This document shows positions 1-8,455 of a stretch of 48,451 nucleotides of DNA, piece after piece. Under the pieces are notes generated by a model that was not told the DNA's origin, made no database searches, and was given only the letters and a program-made list of their open reading frames with translations. Every line of letters starts with the position of its first letter. Positions within the stretch are counted from its first letter, which is position 1. A program made the translations under genes and the position numbers. The stretch comes from Bdellovibrionota bacterium (GTDB lineage Bacteria > Bdellovibrionota > UBA1018): NCBI GenBank assembly GCA_035291325.1, contig DATDSK010000036.1, forward strand, positions 1-48,451, read 5' to 3'.

Positions 1-1056
1 ATCAAAGGCCTGGATCTTCGCTCCGGCCTTCAGCAACTCGTTAATGATGACGGTCGATGGAGCCTCGCGCATGTCGTCCGTATTGGGTTTGAAAGCAAGC
101 CCCCAGATGGCGAACGTCTTCCCGGCGAGAGAAGCCCCGCCAAAATGAGCCTTCACCTTCGAAACCAAATGGCGCTTTTGCCGGTCATTCGCGTCCTCAA
201 CAGCGTTCACGATGCCCATCGGGATGTCTTCGCGCCGGGCGGTCGCCATCAGGGCCTGAACGTCCTTAGGAAAGCAGGACCCGCCGTATCCGACACCGGC
301 ATAAAGAAAATGCTTCCCGATTCTGGCATCCGTGGTCATTCCACGGCGAACCTGCTCGATATCGCCACCGACTTTATCGCAAAGGAGCGCGAGCTCATTC
401 ATGAAGCTGATCCGAGTCGCGAGAAACGCGTTGCATGCGTATTTCGTCATCTCCGCGGAGACCGGATCCATCCAAAGGATCGGGTTGCCCTGGCGTACAA
501 ACGGGGCATAAAGGTCGGACATTTTTTTGTAAACTTCTTCCTTATCCGTCCCGATCACGACGCGATCAGGCTTCAGAAAATCATCGAGCGCCGAGCCTTC
601 TTTCAAAAATTCCGGATTGCTCACGACATCGAAAGCGTGACGGGTGTGCGGGCTCATCCAATCGGCGACCACGCGATGCGAGCCGATCGGTACCGTGGAT
701 TTGTTCACGATCAGCCGGTAACCGGTCATCGATCTCGCGACTTCCTCGGCTGCGGCCTTCAAGTAACTCATATCGGGCGCGCCGTTTTCGCCGGGAGGGG
801 TGCCGACGGCCATGAAGATGATCTCGCTCGCCGCGACCGCTTCCCGTGTCGAGGTTGTGAAGGTCATCCTTCCCTCGGCGAAATTGCGCTTCACCAAGGT
901 TTCCAAGCCCGGCTCGTAAATCGGGATCACTCCACGTTTTAAAGCGTCGATTTTCGACGGATCGTTATCAACGCAATAAACCGTATTGCCGGAATCGGCA
1001 AAACAAGCGCCCGCAACCAGTCCAACGTATCCCGTCCCGATAACCGCGACTTTCAT
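1..1056 (-). CDS. ugd: UDP-glucose 6-dehydrogenase, N-terminal ~350 codons (C-terminus runs off the left window edge)
   Basis: Absent from the ORF track because there is no stop inside the window. My translation of the minus strand from the ATG at 1056-1054 reads MKVAVIGTGYVGLVAGACFADSGNTVYCVDND...NPEFLKEGSALDDF...YGGSCFPKDVQAL...WGLAFKPNTDDMREAP. It shows the Rossmann GxGYVG motif, the catalytic GGSCFPKD motif and the FKPNTDD motif of the UDPGDH family. GGGAGG lies 4 nt upstream. Plus-strand ORFs 145..942 and 435..815 are antisense shadows. Confidence 0.9.
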   Translation of the reverse strand, partial: MKVAVIGTGYVGLVAGACFADSGNTVYCVDNDPSKIDALKRGVIPIYEPGLETLVKRNFAEGRMTFTTSTREAVAASEIIFMAVGTPPGENGAPDMSYLKAAAEEVARSMTGYRLIVNKSTVPIGSHRVVADWMSPHTRHAFDVVSNPEFLKEGSALDDFLKPDRVVIGTDKEEVYKKMSDLYAPFVRQGNPILWMDPVSAEMTKYACNAFLATRISFMNELALLCDKVGGDIEQVRRGMTTDARIGKHFLYAGVGYGGSCFPKDVQALMATARREDIPMGIVNAVEDANDRQKRHLVSKVKAHFGGASLAGKTFAIWGLAFKPNTDDMREAPSTVIINELLKAGAKIQAFD

Positions 1057-1102
1057 GAAACCTCCCGAAATGAAGGGTGTTGTGATGCCCTACTCTTCGC
1101 AA

Positions 1103-1117
1103 AAATCCGGGGGATTT
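1103..1117 (-). terminator. Weak hairpin plus T-run downstream of lhgO (possible intrinsic terminator or attenuator before ugd)
   Basis: On the minus strand the sequence reads AAATCC-CCC-GGATTT followed by TTGCG, i.e. a 6-bp stem, 3-nt loop and a 5-T run counting the stem T's. It lies 23 nt after the lhgO stop. The stem is short and AT-rich. Confidence 0.3.
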
Positions 1118-1139
1118 GCCAGCAGTTTCGCCGTTGCCG

Positions 1140-2327
1140 TTACCCCGGCACCATCTCCGCGATTGCGCGACCTATTTCGATCGAACAGGTCGCCGCCGGA
1201 GAGGGGGCATTCAAGACGTGAACGGCATTCACGTCCTTTTCGATCAGGAAGTCATCGACCAGGTGGCCATTCGGCAAAAGGGCCTGCGCACGTACCCCCG
1301 ACTGACTGGCCACCACATCGACGGCGGTCACCTCGGGGATCAGGCTTTGGAGATTCCTGACAAAAGCCTTTTTGCTGAGTGATCTCCACATTTCCTTCGA
1401 GCCCTCACCCATGTTGCGCAAAGCAAGCTTCCAGAAGCCTGAAAACGTCATGGTTTCGCAGAAATCGCGGAGGCTGAATTGCGTCCAGCCATACCCCTCC
1501 CGTTTGAGGGCCAAGACGGCGTTGGGACCGGCGTGCACCGTTCCGTCGATCATCCGGGTAAAGTGAACACCGAGAAACGGGAAATCCGGGTTCGGCACGG
1601 GGTAGATCAGGTGCTTCGCAAGATGCCGCTTTTCGGGCCGAAGTTCGTAGTATTCCCCTCGAAACGGCACAATTCGGGCGGCTGGTTTCGCACCCGCAAG
1701 CCTCGCCACCCGATCACTTTGCAGACCGGCACAATTGATCAGCACTCTCGTCTCAAACCCGCCGCGCGTCGTTTCGAGCCGGTAGCCCTCGGCTTGTCGT
1801 TTAATCCCCTTCACTTCGGTTTCGAGTCTGAGCTCCCCACCATTTGCCACCAGGACCTCGGCGATCTTCTCGCTGACCTGCCGGTAATCGACAATCCCGG
1901 TTTCAGGCACCCGGATCGCGGCAAGACTTCTCACATGAGGCTCGATTCCCGCGGCCTCCCTGGCGTCGAGTTTTGAAACTGAGAGCCCGTGCTGCAAGCC
2001 GCGTTGAAACAACGCTTCAAGGCGCGGCAGCTCGCGCTCATCCGTCGCAACGATCAACTTGCCGCAAAGCTCATGACGAAGTCCGTGCTCCCGGCAGAAC
2101 TCCACGAGGGCCTGTCGCCCGCGCCGCGAAAACTCCGCCTTGTGGCTCCCCGGTTTGTAATAAATCCCGCTGTGAATGACGCCGCTATTCCGGCCCGTTT
2201 GGTGCTCTGACCAGTGTTTCTCTTTTTCGAGGAGAAGAATTTTAGCCGCCGGGAAACGCTTCGCCAGAGCCAGCCCCGTCGATAGCCCGACAATGCCTCC
2301 CCCGATCACCGTGAAATCATACCGCAT
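1140..2327 (-). CDS. lhgO: L-2-hydroxyglutarate oxidase/dehydrogenase (FAD-dependent)
   Basis: 395 aa. The N-terminal FAD motif is YDFTVIGGGIVGLSTG. End-to-end resemblance to LhgO/YgaF is visible (HQTGRNSGVIHSGIYYKPGS, PFRGEYYEL, LIYPVPNPDFPFLGVHFTRMIDG, GVRAQAL, NAPSPAATCS). The ATG at 2327 overlaps the upstream GT stop by 11 nt. Confidence 0.85.
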   Translation of the reverse strand: MRYDFTVIGGGIVGLSTGLALAKRFPAAKILLLEKEKHWSEHQTGRNSGVIHSGIYYKPGSHKAEFSRRGRQALVEFCREHGLRHELCGKLIVATDERELPRLEALFQRGLQHGLSVSKLDAREAAGIEPHVRSLAAIRVPETGIVDYRQVSEKIAEVLVANGGELRLETEVKGIKRQAEGYRLETTRGGFETRVLINCAGLQSDRVARLAGAKPAARIVPFRGEYYELRPEKRHLAKHLIYPVPNPDFPFLGVHFTRMIDGTVHAGPNAVLALKREGYGWTQFSLRDFCETMTFSGFWKLALRNMGEGSKEMWRSLSKKAFVRNLQSLIPEVTAVDVVASQSGVRAQALLPNGHLVDDFLIEKDVNAVHVLNAPSPAATCSIEIGRAIAEMVPG

Positions 2328-3519
2328 GCTCGGAACCTCCCGCCGCGCCGTTCAGAACTTCCTGGTAAAATCGGACATGCTCCTCGGCAATCCGCGCGGG
2401 AGCACATTTTTCGGCATAGCGCCGCGCGGCCGCTTTCAGGGTTTCGCGCGCCGGGTCATTCGCGAGCAATTCTTTAACTTTCACGGCACAATCTTCGGGA
2501 TCTTCACTCCTGAAGAAAGCGAGGCATCCCGGCTCTCTTTCGGTGATTTCCTGATTCAGCGGGAGATCCGACGCGAGAACCGGCATGCCGTGCGCGAACG
2601 CCTGCGCGAGCGTTCCCGAGCCGGAAGTCTCGCGAAACGGCGCCAGAACGAGATCGGCCATTCCATAGAGACCCTCAAGATACTCCGGGTCGACATACCC
2701 GGTCGTCCACACCCGATCCGAAATGCCAAGCTCCCGGGCCTGGGCGAGGCAGCGCTCGTGAAAAGCGCGATCCTGGGCCCGTCGAAGCCCCCCCGCGAGG
2801 ATCAGTGAAAGGCCCGTGCGGAATGACTTGCCGAGAGCCTGAAACGCACGAAGCGCGATGTCCTGACCCTTTTCAGGCGTGAAATAACCGAACACGACCA
2901 CCTTTTTCGAACCCTGCGGAATCGATTTCAAGGATTCATGGATTTTGTGTTCAGCATTCCGTGTTGCCGGAACAAAATGCGGAATCGTCGTGAAGCGCGG
3001 AGCCCGCGATTTTTCAACCGTAGCGAGCTGGTGCCGCGAATGAACGATCACGCCGTCGACCTTGCCCCAGGTTTGGAAATTCCAGTAACGGGCGAAATGG
3101 CGGATAAAGAATGCGTTGGTCAGCGCGCGCATGGGCGTCTGCCAGCCGCGGGCTTGCACCGGATATCGGTAGGAGAAATCGAAGACACTATGCCCGGTCA
3201 GGATAACCCGCGCCTTCGGGAGAGCGGCGCGAACCTTTTTCAACCAGCCGGGAAACGAATAACGGCCGGGGATTTTCGAACCGAAAAGCCCGTATTCATG
3301 CTGGACATGAATGAGCGAGGGCTCAATCCGCACGAGCTTTTCGATTGAATCATTCACGTCTCTCTCAGTCCTGAGCGGCGCATGAAGCGCTTCGCAGACC
3401 GGAAATCCCGCTTCAACCCATTTTTCGCGCACCTCGGGCCAGAGAACATCAGAATACGATTGAATGCCGCCCTGCTTTTCGGGCGCGATCCAAAGGAGTC
3501 GGGAGCGGGAAGGGGTCAT
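2317..3519 (-). CDS. Glycosyltransferase, GT4 / GT-B fold
   Basis: The C-terminal half has the Glycos_transf_1 pattern (VVVFGYFTPEKGQD...LILAGG...YGMADLVLAPFRETSGSGTLAQAFAHGMPVLASD). I trimmed the track ORF (to 3681) to the ATG at 3519 (MTPSRSRLLWIAPE). The longer form would overlap the divergent methyltransferase gene. Confidence 0.8.
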   Translation of the reverse strand: MTPSRSRLLWIAPEKQGGIQSYSDVLWPEVREKWVEAGFPVCEALHAPLRTERDVNDSIEKLVRIEPSLIHVQHEYGLFGSKIPGRYSFPGWLKKVRAALPKARVILTGHSVFDFSYRYPVQARGWQTPMRALTNAFFIRHFARYWNFQTWGKVDGVIVHSRHQLATVEKSRAPRFTTIPHFVPATRNAEHKIHESLKSIPQGSKKVVVFGYFTPEKGQDIALRAFQALGKSFRTGLSLILAGGLRRAQDRAFHERCLAQARELGISDRVWTTGYVDPEYLEGLYGMADLVLAPFRETSGSGTLAQAFAHGMPVLASDLPLNQEITEREPGCLAFFRSEDPEDCAVKVKELLANDPARETLKAAARRYAEKCAPARIAEEHVRFYQEVLNGAAGGSEHAV

Positions 3520-3583
3520 AGAACCGAATATAGCAGGCGGAGGGCTCTTGGCAAGGATTGGGGTCTGCGATAGGTCTATTCTG
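3520..3583. promoter_or_regulatory. Short divergent intergenic region (GT4 leftward, methyltransferase rightward)
   Basis: Inferred only from the divergent gene starts at 3519 and 3584. I could not defend any specific -35/-10 call. Confidence 0.3.
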
Positions 3584-4261
3584 ATGAAAGCCTGGATGAC
3601 GCAAGCCACCTCCGAGGAATCCGAAGCGCTGAAACAGCTCCTTTCGATTCCTTCGATTCGGGAAAAGAGAATTCTCGACATCGGCAGCGGGCGGGGGCGT
3701 TTTTTGATGGCCCTCCAGTCGCACGGCCTTCAGGCGACGGGAGTTGAAATCAACCCCCATCTCCGCCACGCACTCATCCAAAAAGGGTTCAAGGTACTTT
3801 CTCCCGAAGAGTTCCAGTCCGGCGCCTCTCAATACGACGTTCTCATTCTGTCGCATATTATCGAGCACTTTGGCCCGGCCGAGCTCTTGGATTTTCTCGG
3901 GTCTTACCTGAAACGCCTCTCGGCGACCGGGCACCTCCTGATTCTGACGCCTTTACTCAATCCGGATTTCTATGACGACTACGATCACGTGAAGCCGTAC
4001 ACCCCCGGAGCTATTTCGCAGCTCCTCTCGGGCGATGCAGGCGACCAGGTTCAAACCAATCTCCCTTTTCAAGTGAAACTGAAGGAACTCTGGTTCAGGA
4101 AAACCCCGTTCCGTTTCAAATTTTTTCGCGCGGCTTATTTAAAAGAAGGCCTGGTGATCCGTTCCATCAATCTATTCCTCGCGTTTCTGTTCCAGCTCAG
4201 CTTCAGGACCTTTGGAAAAAAGGACGCCTGGATCGGCTTATTCCAAAGAACCGGCTCATGA
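3584..4261 (+). CDS. Class I SAM-dependent methyltransferase
   Basis: Motif I ILDIGSGRGRFLMAL is followed by ATGVEIN and DVLILSHIIEHF. The start is trimmed to the ATG at 3584. The stop overlaps the next ATG (ATGA at 4258-4261). Confidence 0.75.
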   Translation: MKAWMTQATSEESEALKQLLSIPSIREKRILDIGSGRGRFLMALQSHGLQATGVEINPHLRHALIQKGFKVLSPEEFQSGASQYDVLILSHIIEHFGPAELLDFLGSYLKRLSATGHLLILTPLLNPDFYDDYDHVKPYTPGAISQLLSGDAGDQVQTNLPFQVKLKELWFRKTPFRFKFFRAAYLKEGLVIRSINLFLAFLFQLSFRTFGKKDAWIGLFQRTGS

Positions 4262-5370
4262 TGTCCCGATTCGTAACGCTCTTCAGATATGACCTGGAAC
4301 CCGTTCACCTCTTCAAGGATGTCGGGCAAATTCCCATCACCTTTTCACGCTGGGGCTATCAGTCCCGGATTGTCGGCTTCTGGAAAACAAAACCGGACCA
4401 CCCCGCGGCCGAACAGATCAGCCGAATGCGCCCCAATTCAAGAAAGCTTCGAACTCTCTGGCTCCTTTTTTACATTCTCCTCCACGCGAAGCGAATCGCC
4501 GTTCTAAACCTCTATTTCTGGGGCAAAGACACGTTCCTCCTGGGCTCCCTTTACAAGCTCCTCAATCCGGACGGCTTTCTTTACGTGAAAACCGATGTCA
4601 TTCCGGGGCTCATCAGGCAAGAAGACCCGAGGGGGCTTGCCCTGCGGCTTCGGAGCCATTTTATCCGGATCGTGAACGCTGTTTCGGTCGAAACCCGCCG
4701 GGCCAACGACCTCTTCAAAGAGCTCTTTCCGGAGCTGGGAACAAAGTTGCTGTACGTTCCGAACGGAGTCGATCCGGACCTGCTCGGTTCGCCGCCGCAC
4801 GGGGATAAGGAAAACATCATCCTCTCCGTCGGATCGATCGGCCAGCCGGTCAAAAATCATGAACTCCTCGTGTCCGGCTTTCTCGCCCTCAATTTGCCGG
4901 GTTGGAAGCTCGTCCTCGTCGGGCCGGTTTCGAATCCGTTTCGTGAATGGATCAAGAATCACCCGGAAGATCCTCTCGGTTCGGGAAGAGTGGTCTTGCG
5001 CGGGCCGACGACGAGCCGGGAAGAACTCGCGCAGTGGTACCGTCGTGCGCGGGTTTTCTGCCTGAGTTCGCGATACGAGAGCTACGGAATCGCGCTCCTT
5101 GAGAGCCTCTGCTTCGGCGCCTGCGCCGTCGGAAGCGACACGATCGAAAGTATCGAGGATTTTTCGAACGCGACGGGAATGGTGGAGGTTTTTAAAACCG
5201 GCGATTCCGAGTCACTTGAAAAGGCGCTCAAAAAAGCCATCGCCAGATCCGAGAAGGACAGCGACTTCCTGCAAAGACAAGCGATCAAAGTGCGCGATCA
5301 GTATGATTGGAGCCGGCTCCTGAGCCCCATCCGGGAATCACTTTCGTCAAAAACGCATTCTCTTCGGTAA
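4258..5370 (+). CDS. Glycosyltransferase, GT4 / GT-B fold
   Basis: VPNGVDPDLL...ILSVGSIGQPVKNHELLV...WKLVLVGP...ARVFCLSSRYESYGIALLESLCFGACAVGSD, which is an E-x7-E type motif. Confidence 0.8.
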   Translation: MMSRFVTLFRYDLEPVHLFKDVGQIPITFSRWGYQSRIVGFWKTKPDHPAAEQISRMRPNSRKLRTLWLLFYILLHAKRIAVLNLYFWGKDTFLLGSLYKLLNPDGFLYVKTDVIPGLIRQEDPRGLALRLRSHFIRIVNAVSVETRRANDLFKELFPELGTKLLYVPNGVDPDLLGSPPHGDKENIILSVGSIGQPVKNHELLVSGFLALNLPGWKLVLVGPVSNPFREWIKNHPEDPLGSGRVVLRGPTTSREELAQWYRRARVFCLSSRYESYGIALLESLCFGACAVGSDTIESIEDFSNATGMVEVFKTGDSESLEKALKKAIARSEKDSDFLQRQAIKVRDQYDWSRLLSPIRESLSSKTHSLR

Positions 5371-6859
5371 AGCCGAGCAACCGAAGCGACCGAATTGCGG
5401 CAAGCACGGCCAAAACAGCCCCGAATACCACCACGAGGAGAAAGCTCCAGGTATTCACGTCGAGAACCGTCCGCAACAGACTGAACAGCCCTCCGAGCCC
5501 AAGCGACAAGGCAACGACACCGAGAAGACTCACGCCCGCCCTCCGCGATTCCGAAAGCAAGCCCGCCAGCATCACCGTGCCGACGAGCAAGTGCATGAGG
5601 CTCCAGGAGAGCGGGAAGGCATAGACCTGGTACACACGGCTCAGAAAGACGTTCCCCGCGATCACGCCCCCTTGAACGAAGATGGTCACGAATACGAGAC
5701 GGGACAATCTTCCGGACGCGATCAGCGCCTGCCCCATCGCGCTGAACAGAATCGCGCCGATGATTCCGGGGACGAACAGCCTGAGGAGATCGGCCGTCAG
5801 CAGGACCGCGGTTTCATCGAAAACGCCGCGTTTCAGCAGCACGCGGGTAAACATCTCCGGCGCGACGAACAGCACAAGTAGCAGCGGGATCGAGCCCAGA
5901 ATCATCATTCGGGCCACGCGTGCGGTTTCGGCATAAAACAAACTCAGATTTCTCGTCCCGAAGTGGTTTGCAAGCACGGGGCCGAGCACGGTCGCGATCG
6001 AAGCCGTCACGATTCCGAGGGGAACATCCAGAAATTTTCTGGCGTAGTCCAAGCCCGAGACATTCCCCACCCCGATTCGGGACGCGAGAGCCCGCTCCGT
6101 CAGGACCGCGAGCTGGGAAAAAATCAGGGGAAGAAACATGGCTGCCGAAAACGCGAAGCACTCTTTGAATCCCTGCATTTTGGCGCGGCCGATTTCGCGA
6201 AGTCCGATGCCGTTCTTTGCCAGTTCCCGCCAGAGGACGATAAACAAAACAAGCAGGTTGAGCAGAGTTCCGAGCCAGAGCGAGTAAATTCCCCATTTTT
6301 CGGCGAAGAACACCACAAGGAGTGCGTTCACAAGCACCCCCGCGATCCCGAACACCTCGGGGATGAAGTAAACACCGTATAGATTGAGCACTCCTGCGAG
6401 CAAAGTCGTCAGTTCTGAAAGCGCCAGAATGGGAAGCGAAATCAGAACCAGGAAACGAAGTGAAGAAAAGGCTTCGGTCCCTCGCTCGTACCCGAAGAGG
6501 GAGATCAGAATATCGACAAACGGAACACTTGCGAGCGAGATCAACAGCGTGAAGAGGGTCATCCACTTGATGACCGAAGTGACGGACTGCCTGAATTCAG
6601 CTTCCGACGAAGCACGGATATGCGCCAACTTGGAACGAAAGGTCTCGTTCATGGGCCCGAACGCGAACTGAACGAGCGCCGTTATGATGGAAATCGCGAC
6701 CACCCATTGATCGCGGGCGAGCGTGATCCCGAAATAGCGCGCCATGATCATGACGCTGAAAATTCCGACGGCCGCTTTCGCGCCCTTCAAAAGAGCGATC
6801 CCCAGGGTAATGCGCCTCGGGCTCTTCTTCTCAAAAAACGATAGCCATCGTTTGATCAT
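5285..6859 (-). CDS. MurJ/MviN-family (MOP superfamily) lipid-linked glycan flippase, divergent
   Basis: 524 aa and polytopic. The N-terminus ARYFGITLARDQWVVAISIITALVQFAFGPMNETFRSKL parallels the MurJ pattern [36 protein letters not shown], but with substitutions at the conserved Arg positions. The 3' end overlaps the convergent GT4 gene by 86 nt. Confidence 0.7.
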   Translation of the reverse strand: MIKRWLSFFEKKSPRRITLGIALLKGAKAAVGIFSVMIMARYFGITLARDQWVVAISIITALVQFAFGPMNETFRSKLAHIRASSEAEFRQSVTSVIKWMTLFTLLISLASVPFVDILISLFGYERGTEAFSSLRFLVLISLPILALSELTTLLAGVLNLYGVYFIPEVFGIAGVLVNALLVVFFAEKWGIYSLWLGTLLNLLVLFIVLWRELAKNGIGLREIGRAKMQGFKECFAFSAAMFLPLIFSQLAVLTERALASRIGVGNVSGLDYARKFLDVPLGIVTASIATVLGPVLANHFGTRNLSLFYAETARVARMMILGSIPLLLVLFVAPEMFTRVLLKRGVFDETAVLLTADLLRLFVPGIIGAILFSAMGQALIASGRLSRLVFVTIFVQGGVIAGNVFLSRVYQVYAFPLSWSLMHLLVGTVMLAGLLSESRRAGVSLLGVVALSLGLGGLFSLLRTVLDVNTWSFLLVVVFGAVLAVLAAIRSLRLLGFTEENAFLTKVIPGWGSGAGSNHTDRAL

Positions 6860-6913
6860 TGTCTTATCTTCCTAGTCGGGCTCCTCGGCCAGTCGAGGTA
6901 CCCGGATTTGTTT
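6860..6913. promoter_or_regulatory. Short divergent intergenic region (flippase leftward, methyltransferase rightward)
   Basis: Inferred from the divergent starts. It contains the small inverted repeat CCTCG-gccagt-CGAGG. Confidence 0.3.
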
Positions 6914-7546
6914 ATGGAAGGCTACTACTCCAATTATCGCTCAGAACTGATGCCTTTTGTACCCGAAAGGCTCACGAGAGCCCTCGACGTGGGTTGTGGC
7001 GACGGCACGTTCGGGATGGCGCTGAAACAGTCCAGGCCGTTCGAGGTCTGGGGTATCGAACCGGTCGCGGCCGCGGCTAAAATCGCGGGCTCACGTCTCG
7101 ATCGCGTCATCCCCGAAGGGGTTGAGACAGCCATTCCGAAACTCCCGGACAGTCATTTTGACGCTGTGTTTTTCAACGACGTTCTGGAACATCTCATCGA
7201 TCCAGAGGCCGTTCTCCGCGCTATTCGACCCAAACTGCTCCCGAACGCGACTCTTGTCGCTTCGCTTCCGAATGTCCGTTACCTGCCTCATTTACGCGAC
7301 CTGCTCGTCCGAAAAGATTGGAAATACGCCGACTCCGGGATTTTGGATCGCACCCATGTCCGCTTCTTCACTGACAAGAGCGCGCGAAAGATGCTCGAAT
7401 CCTGTGGTTATGAAATCACCCGGGCCGAAGGGATCAACGGCCTTCCGATCTGGAAGATCCTGCCCTGGACCCTCTTAACTTTCGGTAGTCTCCGGGACAC
7501 GAGATACCTGCAGTTTGCGTATCAGTTCCGCGCAACGTCCCGCTGA
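6914..7546 (+). CDS. Class I SAM-dependent methyltransferase
   Basis: Motifs ALDVGCGDGTFGMAL, WGIEP and DAVFFNDVLEHLIDP. The track start at 6908 is TTG; the first ATG is at 6914. The 3' end overlaps the convergent GT2 by 72 nt. Confidence 0.75.
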   Translation: MEGYYSNYRSELMPFVPERLTRALDVGCGDGTFGMALKQSRPFEVWGIEPVAAAAKIAGSRLDRVIPEGVETAIPKLPDSHFDAVFFNDVLEHLIDPEAVLRAIRPKLLPNATLVASLPNVRYLPHLRDLLVRKDWKYADSGILDRTHVRFFTDKSARKMLESCGYEITRAEGINGLPIWKILPWTLLTFGSLRDTRYLQFAYQFRATSR

Positions 7547-8455
7547 AGGTGCAAAGAGCCCGTGCCAAAAGGCCGGGATCAGGACGGCGATATTCGACCA
7601 CTTGCGATCGAGCGCGAGTCTGACGAGGCGTTTCGGCAAATGATAGGCTCCCATCCACGCCACTGCCGCCACGAGCTGAAGCAAAGACCCATTCCTTTTT
7701 ACGAACCAGAGCCGGTTCCGGACCATGAGATATTCCTTGAGCCGCGAAACCTTTCGCATCGAAGCGCCGCCCTCGTGAAAAATCCGAGCCTTCTTCACGA
7801 GTGCGAGCCCGAACCCCGCCCTCGCCGCGCGGACGCAGAAATCTGACTCTTCGTAATACGCGAAAAACGACTCGTCGAGCAGTCCGATTCGTTTCACCAC
7901 CTCGGTCCTGATCATAAAACAACAGCCGTGAATCATGCCGCATTTCACGAGTTCCGACTTGGGCTGCTCGAAAGAATAAGGTGTGCTTCCCGTCCAAAGC
8001 GAAATCGCTCCTTGCGCGATCCAGCCGGTCGGGGAATCACTTCCGGCCCGGATGAGCGGCCCCGCGATTCCCAATGAGGGGTCCCTTTCCATGGCCGCGA
8101 CAAGCTCTGCCAGGAACCCGGGCTCGGGTTCCGTGTCATCGTTCAAAAGAAGGAAATAATCGCAATCCCCTTGATCCAGCAAACGGCGCAAGCCGCGGTT
8201 CACGCCACCGGCAAAGCCGAGATTCCTTTCTTCTTCGAGAAGCTCGAGATTTTCTGCGGGCAGCCCGGACCAGGTTTTCTTAAGCTCTCTCAGCCCCACG
8301 CCAAGCTTTTCGCGACAATCAGCTGAGGAGCCGTTATCGACGACAAGAATTTTGCAGTTCGGGTAATCGAGTTTTTTCAACGAAAGCAGACAAGCAAGGA
8401 CTTGCCCGGGAGCGTTCCAGCTGAGAATGAGGATTCCGACCCGGGGCGCGTTCAT
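7475..8455 (-). CDS. Glycosyltransferase family 2 (GT-A)
   Basis: VGILILSWNAPGQVLACLLSLKKLDYPNCKILVVDNGSSAD...LLLNDDTEPEPGF (DxD-like). The track start at 8476 is TTG. The ATG at 8455 overlaps the upstream stop (ATGA). Confidence 0.8.
   Translation of the reverse strand: MNAPRVGILILSWNAPGQVLACLLSLKKLDYPNCKILVVDNGSSADCREKLGVGLRELKKTWSGLPAENLELLEEERNLGFAGGVNRGLRRLLDQGDCDYFLLLNDDTEPEPGFLAELVAAMERDPSLGIAGPLIRAGSDSPTGWIAQGAISLWTGSTPYSFEQPKSELVKCGMIHGCCFMIRTEVVKRIGLLDESFFAYYEESDFCVRAARAGFGLALVKKARIFHEGGASMRKVSRLKEYLMVRNRLWFVKRNGSLLQLVAAVAWMGAYHLPKRLVRLALDRKWSNIAVLIPAFWHGLFAPSAGRCAELIRKLQVSRVPETTES

Noticed and set aside
145-942. 265-aa plus-strand ORF (and nested ORF 435..815) at the left edge
   Set aside because: It is antisense to a clear UDP-glucose dehydrogenase reading frame that runs to the window edge. 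It has an Arg/His-rich, low-complexity composition typical of shadow ORFs in G+C-rich DNA.
3520-3681. Long N-terminal extensions in the ORF track (2317..3681, 3464..4261, 11694..12731, 12715..13860, 22326..23900, 31580..32683, 42642..43538, among others)
   Set aside because: The extensions overlap neighbouring genes, often begin at TTG/GTG, and lack family-conserved sequence. Internal ATGs that abut or overlap the upstream stop, several with visible Shine-Dalgarno sequences, fit better.
5814-6566. 250-aa minus-strand ORF and several plus-strand ORFs (5307..6382) inside the MurJ-like gene
   Set aside because: They are alternative-frame or antisense shadows of the 524-aa polytopic flippase. 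They are Arg/Pro/Ser-rich with no motifs.
7434-7997. 187-aa minus-strand ORF overlapping the GT2 gene
   Set aside because: It lies in a different frame of the same strand as the GT2 gene (7475..8455), which carries clear family motifs. Its composition is Arg/Gly-rich.
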